Assembly: GCF_000143415.4 (NCBI RefSeq)
Contig: NW_003314266.1
Span: 1,014,463-1,078,462, forward strand
Source of the DNA: Selaginella moellendorffii
Taxonomy: Eukaryota > Plantae > Lycopodiophyta
Reading direction: 5' to 3'
DNA length: 64,000 nt
In this document: piece after piece, positions 48,901-58,827 of the stretch
How positions within the stretch are numbered: position 1 is the stretch's first letter
Layout of the letters: each line of letters begins with the position of its first letter
Program-made: the position numbers and the translations under genes
The notes under the pieces: generated by a model
What the model saw: only the letters and a program-made list of their open reading frames with translations
The model's database searches: none
Told to the model about the DNA's origin: nothing

Positions 48901-49932
48901 GTATCTTCATTGGCTCTTACAGTAGATTGTTGACATCTTTCTCGGAAGACGACATCAATATGGATATATGGCGCCAGTTCAACCGTTGATGCCGAAAGAT
49001 ACAAAGGCCCTTGCTCCTAGTTGTGAACTTCATTCTCTTCGACTTTCCAGATGGTCTTTCAAATATCAATGGGAAAGTTGAGGATTGGAACTTTCTCATA
49101 CCTGACCACATACACGATGCATTCATATTGTCCGAAACACTTATGCTCGAAGTTGGCCATGTCATCTTCATCCTACCGAATGACCCCAACTGAATGTATG
49201 AGCTTATGACGTGTGCAGCAAAAGTTCATTTCAAGTCATTCTCTTTCGGGTGCATCATAGATCCTATTGGCGTCGATACGAGGGGTGTCCAAGGGAAGCC
49301 TGAAAAGGTGAGTATGTATTTTATATTTTTATCTAATTTCTAAACATTTTTATTTTCCAGGTTATGATGTGAACTTATCATGCCATCTGCAAAAACACAC
49401 ATGATGGGTTTTGTGATAGCGAACGTGCAGCATGTGTTTTGCCTGGGTACGATAGTTCCACTAATATCATACCCAACCTTGTGGATGAGCAGATCCACAA
49501 CACGTTTCCAGGGTACTGATTTCGAACTCCATCAGCAATGCAAGTCTTGCTTGAGCACTATTGCCTACCAAATGGTGTTGTGATTGATTGCACAGCAGGT
49601 AGTGGTTCTATGGTGGAAGTAGCACGTGACTCTTATAGGTCGGTGTTTGCTATTGAAGAACATCATTTCTTCAAACACCGGCTTAGAGGATTTCGTGAGT
49701 TGCCTCGAACCTCAACGAGGTAAATTATGTTTATTAAAATTTCAATATATGTTTAATTCTAATTTATAAATCACAATCACCTGGAATTTCTAGAATTGGA
49801 GGCTTTGGAAATCTCCCTGACTATGCAAAAGCCATGGCTCAACATATGCAAGGTGAATCTTCCCCACAATACCAATATAGGAGGAAGTATAAAAGAAATC
49901 ATTATGTTGATGATGAGGCAGAAGAAAGTTAA
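45961..49932 (+). pseudogene. MULE-borne ParB-like domain + beta-class (N6A/N4C-type) DNA methyltransferase gene, spliced, inactivated by nonsense mutations
   Basis: MPLR|KRKII; Pro-rich tract; REIPLCCL..TNLVR...QYGL...FQIIDGNYRYGAW (ParB/Srx-like); VNFILFDFPDG...WN (motif IV position); RTPSAMQVLLEHYCLPNGVVIDCTAGSGSMVEVARDSYRSVFAIE (motifs X-I-II); GT-AG introns. Confidence 0.72.
46041..46238. repeat. Double-palindrome MITE-like insert in intron 1 of the methyltransferase gene
   Basis: Two ~78-bp hairpins each centred on GAGGTTATT-TG-AATAACCT; ends GGGCC..CCACCTCGGGCA / TGCCCGAGGTGG..GGCCC. Confidence 0.75.
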
Positions 49933-50032
49933 TTGCATCCTTACATAAAATAGAAAGCTTGTTATATGTTAGATGTTAGTGAAAGTGTCAGATGTCAGTA
50001 AAATTGTCAGATGTCAGTGTCAATGTTAGATA

Positions 50033-50885
50033 TTATAATTGCAAATTATCATTCTCACCTATCACCATCACTTTGTAGCGTTGTGTGTTGCCATCTCCTC
50101 CTTCAACATTTTGTAAACAATTGTATGTGATACGATAGCACCTTCTAGAACAAGGTATGTTACCTACAACTAATATCATTTTATTATATTTTTTCTTTTA
50201 ATAGTGACAATACTATAGTATAGCAAAGTAATTCTAGATTTTACATTCCACTGTAGGATGGCCTAAAAACCCCATATTTTGCGCTAGCCAATGTAGTGTT
50301 TCCCAAGGGGATGTTGTTCCTCACCATGAAACGATAGTGGGTATGTGTCTNNNNNNNNNNNNNNNNNNNNNNNNNNNNNNNNNNNNNNNNNNNNNNNNNN
50401 NNNNNNNNNNNNNNNNNNNNNNNNNNNNNNNNNNNNNNNNNNNNNNNNNNNNNNNNNNNNNNNNNNNNNNNNNNNNNNNNNNNNNNNNNNNNNNNNNNNN
50501 NNNNNNNNNNNNNNNNNNNNNNNNNNNNNNCCATGTCAGGAGCAAGATCTTGCAAAAACATGTGGCATTGCTCTTGAAGCGCTAAAGGCAATCCCTCTCT
50601 AGTAGCAAGATCCGGAATTTCACATATAGGGAGCTCTAATTCAGCTTCACTAGAGCCCTCAGCAGAAAAAGGATTGTTATGTAGAGGTGAAGGTGGAATG
50701 TTGGTAGAACATGGGGATGGAGGTGGAGATTGATATGAAATGCTAGGGGGCCAAGTACGATTAGCAATGGGTCTCTTATGTGGAGGTGAAAGTGGAATGT
50801 TGGTAGAACTTGGGGATGGAGGTGGAGATTGATATGAAATGCTGGAGGGCCAAGAAGTAGTAGCAATGACTTACCTTTGAGCCAT
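50033..50885 (-). pseudogene. Third MULE gene (Ser/Pro-rich N-terminus, unknown C-terminal domain), spans an assembly gap
   Basis: MAQR*VIATTSWPSSISYQSPPPSP (x2, ~99-bp duplication)...LALQEQCHMFLQDL[gap]HYRFMVRNNIP...|GNIPCSRRCYRITYNCL...*; exon join inferred. Confidence 0.5.
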
Positions 50886-51460
50886 TTTAATACAGACTTC
50901 TAAAGAGCTCAAGGAGAAATAAAAACCTTTGATGACTACAACTTTTCTAGATAGTTTATATACTAAGTTTTAGTCTTGGGAATAAGGTTTATTTATTATG
51001 ACACTGACAATATTTAGATTCTTTAAATGTTAGTCTTGGAAATGGGGCTTTATAATCATAGCTTTCTTGTAAACATAAGAGCTTCTAGAATTTTAGATTA
51101 TCGTGCATACACATGCTCTATCATTATGATGAATCCTACTTTGCTACACATATATTCTTTTCTACACATACTAAATGTCTAAAGAAATAAACTGCAAGGA
51201 AACATAGACCACATTATAGTGGCAGAGCACATTGGCACGCTACCATTCTCTCATGTGAGATTGCCTTTCAATCTTGGAAATGTAGAAAAAGTTGATTCTT
51301 TGATGTGATATTACTTTTGAGTCTTTCAAAAGATTTTGATTTCTTTTATTATTATTTACAAATAACTCCCAAAAACTTTTAATGAGGATTCACTGCAGAA
51401 TATACCTTGGTCTTATCATATAAGAGGATTGCGATATATGCAGGCAACAAAGTTTTTAAT

Positions 51461-52619
51461 TGTAGCGCACGTGGTTTTGACCCTTTATCCTATGGTGATT
51501 TACCATAGGATAACACCACGAAGCGGAACCTAAACCCTCTTTATGCCACGTGACACATGCCATGTGTCATATGCCACGTGTCCAAAGGACAGTGGTGTAG
51601 AACCCAAGGTTTAAGGCCTTAGGCCACTGAACGAAGGAATGGTGCCAAACTCCCAAGCATAGAGCCAAGGAGTGACGGAATCGAACCACGGAGCAACTCC
51701 CGAGCATACAGCCCAAGGAGTGAAAGGACAGGAGCCCGGAGCGACTTGGAACAGTACTGGAACAATTAGCATCCCAATGCCAAGACTAGCATACAAAACG
51801 GAGCCAAACAGAGTCTGGCGCTATTTCGGCATACCGATGGCCTAACGTGAGGATATGGGTACTTAACCAGCTAGCATGGAATGGAACTTGGGCTTAGACC
51901 CAAGCCGGATGCAGAACAAAAACAAGCACGCAAGCGGGAGCTAGACTATGCTTCAGGTTGGTCAACCATGCCCGACCTACCCACTATCCCTATTATACAT
52001 TTGGAACCCCCCACAGCCCCCCCCCCCCCCCCCCTTGAGGAACACACGCTTTGAGCTGTCACCCCAAGCCTCCCTTAATAGTAGGAGTTAGTCTCTGGGA
52101 CAAGCTCAAAACTTACTAAATATGGAATGGGTGTAGATTGTGAATTTGGACACAGAACGAATACCATTGTGTTCAGGCTGATCTCTACATTCCGCATTTC
52201 GTAGATATGCCAAATGAGCAAATCTAAACACTTTCCATAAATAGCATTTGGGACCGAATTGAGGCTAACGCTAAGGGCATGATAGCGAGGGTGTTTGGTA
52301 GACACGGTAAGCTATCATCTAATGATATTGAGGGACCAATTTTAATATCACAAGGGTTCTCGATACTAGCAAGTGCAACCCAATGACTCAAGTTTCTCAA
52401 ACCAGGCCCAATATACTCAGCAAGAAACACATAGGGTTCCTACCTTATGTTTATCCAATCTAAGTACATGGTCATTGACCAGTTTCTCAACTAGCTCAAG
52501 TGGGAAATTGATAAGGGGTCCAGCAATACCGACCTTTTGCCATCGTGGCAGTAAGGAAAGAATATCCGAAAGGACTAGCCGACAGGTAACTTTCGATACC
52601 CGAAGTCACATTCGCGACA
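51461..52619. mobile_element. Solo LTR inserted in the MULE
   Basis: TGTAGCG...CGCGACA termini, 5-bp TSD TTAAT (51456-51460, 52620-52624); related copy at ~53437-55348. Confidence 0.85.
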
Positions 52620-53436
52620 TTAATATGAATTAATATGTAAATTACAAATGTTATGGAAAGTTTTATGGAGTAGATTTCTTGGTGCTTTCCGCCGTGCTGT
52701 TCATTTCTTCATTTCTCTTGCTCTAGACTATTGTTTCAGAAGTAACAGGAACATTGTTATCAATCATGATAGTGGTCTCCACATTTCCAAATGGGTAATA
52801 AGGACTAGGAGTGTAATATGGAGATTGTGGTAGTGAAACAGAATTAGCATTCTCACATTCCTTTGCACTACAACTCTTACTCACAGATCTTGTATTTTCT
52901 TTGCTTCCCATCTTCTCAAGAACCCTAAAAAATCTTTATAATGAAGGAATAGTATCTACAGCTATAAAAGTATTCAAAATATTAAATAGTCAAATCAAAT
53001 ATGACAGCTGTAACAGTTGTCATAATAAAATAATATAGTTTTATAAAAGATAGGTTCTCATGAACTTTGTTTTTTTTAAACATTTCAATCTTATAGAAAC
53101 TTTTAACTCAGATATTTACGTTTTTTAATATTTTAAAGTTTGCTAGAACCTTCATTTGTTCAATTTAGATTTCCTTTGTAATACTTCTTATTGACTATAT
53201 TGACTTGAGTTGACTTGTGTTGAATTGAGCTCAACTCGTGAGCTCAACTCAACTTTGGACCATCCCCCTTGCCTCATACTTTTTGATGTTTTTTCCACTT
53301 CTTACTTTTGCACCTCTTCATCCCTTTACTTAACTTTTTCTTCCATCACTTTTATCTCTTTCTTACTTCCTCCTAAGTTTCTGTCTTATTCCTTGTCTTT
53401 TCTAATCCCTCTGATAATCTTTGTCTTGTGACTAAC

Positions 53437-55348
53437 AATAGTGCACATGGTTTTTACCCTTTATCCTATAGTGATTTATTATAGGATAACCAAAAACTAG
53501 AATCTAAACCCTTTATGTACCATGTGTCACATGCCACATGTCCAAAGATAGTAGAGTGGAATATGAGTTTTAAGGTTGTGGGTCATTGAATGAAGGGATA
53601 GAGCAAAACTCCAAAGCATGGAGCTAAGGAATGAAGGTACTGAAGCACAGAGTGACTCTCAAGTGTACAACTCAAGGATCAAAGGGATAGGAGCACAAAG
53701 TGACTTAGAACAGTCCTATAGCATTCAACATCCCAATACTAGAGCCATCACGCAAAATAAAGCTAAACAAAGGCTAGTGTTATTTCAGCATACTGGTGGT
53801 CTAATACAAAGATATGGGTACTCCACCACCTATCATAGTGTGGAACTTAGGCTTAGACCCAAGCCAGACGCAAAACAAAAACAAACATGCAAACGAGAAC
53901 TAGAATACACCTTAAGTTGGTTAGCCATACCCTAACCTACCCATTATCCCTATTATATATTTGAAACCCCCCATAACCCCCCCTAAGGAACGCACAATTT
54001 GGGCTTTCACCCTTAGCCATCCTTTGTACCAATAGTTAGTCTATGGGATAAATTTGAAATTTACTAAATATGGAATGGTGCTAGATTGCAAATTTGGACA
54101 TAGGATCAACACCATTGTGTTCAAGACAATTTCTACATTTTGTAGATACACCAAATTAGCAAATCTAGACATTTTCCATAAATAGCAATTAGGACCAAAT
54201 GGGACTAATACAAAGGGCATGATAATGAAGGTGTTTGGCAAACACAATAATGTAAGCAACCAAAGGGAACGACTTGAAAGACAATCCATTGGGGTTCAAA
54301 TATAGAGGGAAAGGGCCTATGAATAAGAGTGCACCCCCTTTTCCAATCGGTTAAGGGTCTTGGGATAGTTGGAGTTAAGCGTCCTTGGGTTTGAATAATA
54401 CTGGGCTGGGTGACCTCCCGGAAGTCCAAACTCAGGAGCTTACATTTGGTATCGGAGGGGTCTCGGGTCCGACTCTGTTGGTTGGCTAGGGGAATCACAC
54501 CACATGTTGATTGACATCTGGCTGGTCCAGTTTGCTCCCGCTGGGCTCGACCCGAGGGGTAGGGTGTCAAGAGAGCGGGGCTCTCAGGAGAGCTGCAGCT
54601 CTCAGCTTCTGTTCATGAGGGCGTGAACTTGCAGGGAAGCGTGGTGGATTGTAAGCAACCAAAGGGAATGACTTGAAAGACGATCCATTGGGGTTCAAAT
54701 ATAGAGGGAAAGGGCCTATGAATAAGAGTGCACCCCCTTTTCCAATTGGTTAAGGGTCTTGGGATAGTTGGAGTTAAGCGTCCTTGGGTCGAGGGGTAGG
54801 GTGTCAAGAGAGCGAGGCTCTCGGGAGAGCTACAGCTCTCAGCTTCTGTTCATGAGGGCGTGAACTTGCAGGGAAGCATGGTGGATTGTAAGCAACCAAA
54901 GGGAACGACTTGAAAGACGATCCATTGGGGTTCAAATATAGAGGGAAAGGGCCTATGAATAAGAGTGCACCCCCTTTTCCAATTGGTTAAGGGTCTTGGG
55001 ATATTTGGAGTTAAGCGTCCTTGGGTTTGAATAGTACTCGGCTGGGTGACCTCCCGGGAAGTCTAAACTCAAGAGCTTACAAATAAGCTATCATTTAGTG
55101 AATATTGAAGGACCAATCTTGACATTGTAGGGGTTCTTGTCAAGCTAGTGCATGATAGAGCAAAAGAGAAGCACTAAGTATGCTTGGCTAAATAGACACT
55201 TAGGAATTCTTCCTTATGCTTGTCCGGTTAAGTACAGATGCAAAGTCAAGTTTACTAACACTTGAATAAGAGGGATTAATAAAAGGTCCAACAATACCAA
55301 CCTCCTACCACATAAAATCTTTTGATACCCAAAGTCATATTTGTGATA
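53437..55348. mobile_element. Older solo LTR of the same family as 51461-52619, hosting a Cassandra array
   Basis: Collinear similarity with 51461-52619, differing largely by C>T/G>A (e.g. TTCGCGACA vs TTTGTGATA); ends approximate. Confidence 0.75.
54251..55081 (+). mobile_element. Tandem (three-LTR) Cassandra TRIM array
   Basis: LTRs at 54251-54444, 54650-54789 (truncated) and 54887-55081; PBS TGGTATCGGAG; single TSD AATAA (54246-54250, 55082-55086). Confidence 0.92.
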
Positions 55349-55570
55349 TTGACTAGTATGCTGATCTCTTTGAATTTGACCTATCATTTGGGGCCAAGAT
55401 TGCAACATGTTATCCTATTCCAACTAGGGATACTCATCCAATCAAGGTTTCTGTTTGTCATTAGTCACCCAAAGAGATCAAGATTTTATATGCAAATGTC
55501 AAAGAGATGTTAGAAAAGAGTGGAAGTCATAGAGTCCTTAGGCATGTGAACCTCATCTTGTGATGAAGCC

Positions 55571-56442
55571 TGTAGCACACTTTATCTCTCTCCCTTTAAG
55601 ACAACTGGAAAAGGGGCAATTGCTTGATGAGAGAGGCCTTCGTGGCTATTTTATCTTTATTTATTCCCCAAGGTTCCAAGATCCACGGTGACAGTATATC
55701 TAAATCTCATCTCATAATCACGTATGCTACACTCACCCCCCTTCAGAGATGTCAATGTCCTCATTGACTATTGATTAACAACCCCTACTGAGCCAAGGGG
55801 AACCAGCACTTTCATTTCTACACTAAATCTACCAATCCTTCTATTGTGTAAATCAGTTATTCCATTTGAGGCAACTAGTCATCCACCCATACCGCAGTCT
55901 CACGGCATCCCATAATCACATATGCTACACTCACCCCTCTTCAGAGATGTCAATGTCCTCATTGACTATTGATTAACAACCCCTACTAAGCCAAGGGGAA
56001 CCAGCACTTCCATTTCTGCATTGAATCTACCAATCCTTCTATTGTGTAGATTAGTTATTCCATTTGAGGCAACTAATCATCCACCCGTACCGCAGTCCCA
56101 CAGTGGATACCTTCGTCCGTGGATACTCCACACAAGAGGAAGGACATATGCATGTATTAGGCCAATATATATGATTTCAAATTTAGAGGTAGGAATATAC
56201 CTTGCTCAAGGGTATATTATATTTTTAAGTAGCCACTAATCAATAGGAATCGAACCCATGCCATTTGCTCTGATATCACATGTAGCACACTTTATCTCTC
56301 TCCCTTTAAGTCAACTAGAAAAGGGGCAATTGCTTGATGAGAGAGCCCTTAGTGGTTATTTTATCCCCATTTATTCCCCAAAGTTCCAAGGATCCACGGT
56401 GAAAATATATCCAAATTTCATCCCATGATCACATGCGCTACA
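55571..56442 (-). mobile_element. Second, non-Cassandra TRIM family
   Basis: ~161-bp TGTAG..CTACA LTRs at 55571-55731 and 56281-56442; PBS-like TGATATCAGAGC; PPT GGGGGTGAG; near-TSD AAGCC/AAGCT; ~195-bp internal duplication. Confidence 0.8.
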
Positions 56443-56447
56443 AAGCT

Positions 56448-57520
56448 TGATGGGAATTTTTGTTTCTATATTGACTATCATCCATTAAATGTAATGACAA
56501 TCCTATATGTGTACCCTCTTCCTCACACTGCTAATCTTTTGGATCGTCTGGGGATAAATTATTGTTTCACCAAGTTAGATCTTGCTTCTGGGTATTAATA
56601 AATACTGATGACTAAAGATGATATTTTTAAGACTACTTTTCGTATATTGTTTAGTTTGTAAAAGTTATTGGTGATGCCATTTAGTTTGAACAATGCTCTA
56701 ACAACTTTTCAGGGGATAATGGATGAAGTTCTTTGTGATATGTTGGAGGTGACTATTGACTTCATTAATGATATTTTAATCCACTTGAAGGGGATATAGG
56801 AGGAACACATCTATGATGTTTGTAAGGTGTTAAATTGACTACGGAAAGTTGGTTTAAAGTTGAAGTAGTTGAAGTGCGTATATAAGTTTAAAGACATGAC
56901 TTATCTTGGGTGCTATATTTCTCATGAGGGTTTGTAAGTTGATCTTGATAAACTTAAGACTGTTTTAAAGTTCCCTACTCCAAAATATGTGAATGATATG
57001 CAACACTTCTTAGGCAAGGTGCACTATCTCAGTCATTTTGTTGATCATTTTTCTGATCACATTACACTATTGCAAGCATTGTTGAAGTCATCAATGTCAT
57101 CTTTCATTTAGTTTGTAGACTGTTAGTGGGCATTTATGGATCTTAAAGAGCTATTGATGATTTTTCTGGTTTTGGCATATCTTAACTACAGTTGACTTTT
57201 CATTTTGCATGTGGATGCTTCTAATATCGGTCTTAGAGATGTGTTGATGCAAGAGAGCCCAAGTGTGCATGGTTAGTGTTATCCCATTTCATATATCAGC
57301 ATACATTACAACCAACGGAGGTGAACTATATGATAATAAAGAGTGTTTAGCAGCAGTTTGGGGTTTTGAGAAATTTCATGTATATCTAAATAGTTCTCAA
57401 ATATTATTAATAAATGACCATGCTATAGTTACTTCATTATTGAAATGGGTTAGTTGTATTACTCAATAGGCTTTGAAGCTTTAGATATATGATTTTAATG
57501 TTATTCATCACTTGGGGAGT
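56448..57520 (+). mobile_element. Decayed Ty3/gypsy reverse transcriptase-RNase H
   Basis: FTKLDLASGY**I...KTTF...VMPFSLNNALTTFQGIMD...FINDILI; LHVDASNIGL; ECLAAVWGFEKFHVYL. Confidence 0.85.
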
Positions 57521-57523
57521 TCT

Positions 57524-58827
57524 TGTGAAACACAAATCCCTAAGCCCCAAAGTGGAGCAGAAAGGGTGCCAGATAGTAGTGGTCAATACAAAAGTCCAAC
57601 ATGCATAACATGTTTGGACCAAAGTCTTCGACTTGGAAAGGCAAGAGTGGGAGTGGAACTCTGAACGAAGTACTCAAGGGATGAGCATGAAGCAATCGGT
57701 GAATTAGTCTTTAAAAAATCCGAGATGGAGTTTGAGATGGACTTGAGATGGAGTCCAAGATAGACTTGAGATGAAGTCTGAAATGGACCTGAGATGGAGT
57801 CTGAGGTCAAGTTCGAGATGGAGTTTGAGGTCAAGTCCAAGATGGACCTGAGATGGAGTCTGAGATGGACTTGAGATGGAGTCTGAGTTCAAGTCCAAGA
57901 TGGAGTCCGAGGTCAAGTCCAAGATAGACCTGAGATGGAATCAAAGGTCAAGGCCGAGAAAGAGATTGAGACCAACACCAAGACTGAGACTGAGTCTGAG
58001 TTCGAGTCCGAATCTAAGTCCAAGGGTGAAAGCCCAAAACGATCGTCTCTTAGACTCTGAGGGGTTTGGTGAGCTCCAAAAGTATAGTAGGGAGAGGATG
58101 TAAGCAATTAATTTTTCATTCTACTTTAGTCACTTAACCACACTTTCAACCACTTGGAGAAACTGTTTGGACCAAAGTCTTTGACTTGGAGAGGCGAGAG
58201 TGGGAGTGGAACTCTGAATGAAGTGCTCAAGGGATGAGCATGAAGCAATTGGTGAATTAGTCTCTAAAAAATCTGAGATGGAGTCTGAGATGGACTTAAG
58301 ATGGAGTTTGAGATGGACCTGAGATGGAGTCTGAGATGGACCTGAGATAGAGTCTGAGATGGACCTAAGATGGGACCTAAGATGGAGTCTAAGGTCTCAG
58401 ACTCCGTCTCGGATTTGGACTCGAACTTAGACTCGGCCTCAGACTTGGACTTGGTCTCGAACTCAGACTCGGACTCAATCTCAATCTTGGTCTTGGTCTC
58501 GATTCCATCTTGGACTCCATTTCGAGTCCATCTTGGGTTTATCTCGGACTCCATCTCGAACTCCATCTTAGACTCTATTTTGGGTCCATTTTGAACATTT
58601 TCACATGTCATGTGTTAGTCTTCTTGTATCCCTTTTTTAGAAACCCATTTATTGCTTGCTTTGTGCTTGTTCCTTGAGCCCTTTATTTAGAGTTCCACTC
58701 CCACTCTTAACTTTTTGAGTCGGAGTTTTTAATCTAAATGTGTTATGTTCATTTGGCTTCTATGTTGGTCACTACCATATGGCACACTTTCAGCTCCACT
58801 TTGGGGCTTAGGGATTTGTGTCTCACA
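57524..58827. mobile_element. Inverted pair of related TGTGA-starting repeats with a 12-bp minisatellite core (opposed LTRs or foldback element)
   Basis: TGTGAAACACAAATCCCTAAGCCCCAAAGTGGAGC... vs ...GCTCCACTTTGGGGCTTAGGGATTTGTGTCTCACA; GAGATGGA(G/C)(T/C)CT arrays; third copy at 60305-60615. Confidence 0.65.

Larger units (their letters stand above)
40479..53267. mobile_element. Large multi-gene Mutator-like (MULE) DNA transposon, degenerate
   Basis: 9-bp TSD CTTGCCTCA (40470-40478, 53268-53276); G-starting imperfect TIRs sharing GAGTTGAGCTCACGAGTTGAGCTCAATT; internal DDE+SWIM transposase. Confidence 0.88.

Noticed and set aside
50351-50530. ORFs spanning N runs (also 60155-60304)
   Set aside because: Assembly gaps; frame continuity cannot be assessed.
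54371-54427. 5S rRNA gene
   Set aside because: Only the ~55-nt internal promoter part, embedded in Cassandra LTRs.
57715-58570. Repeat arrays as CRISPR-like or as S/E-rich proteins
   Set aside because: Degenerate 12-bp minisatellite without unique spacers; the ORFs are low-complexity artefacts.
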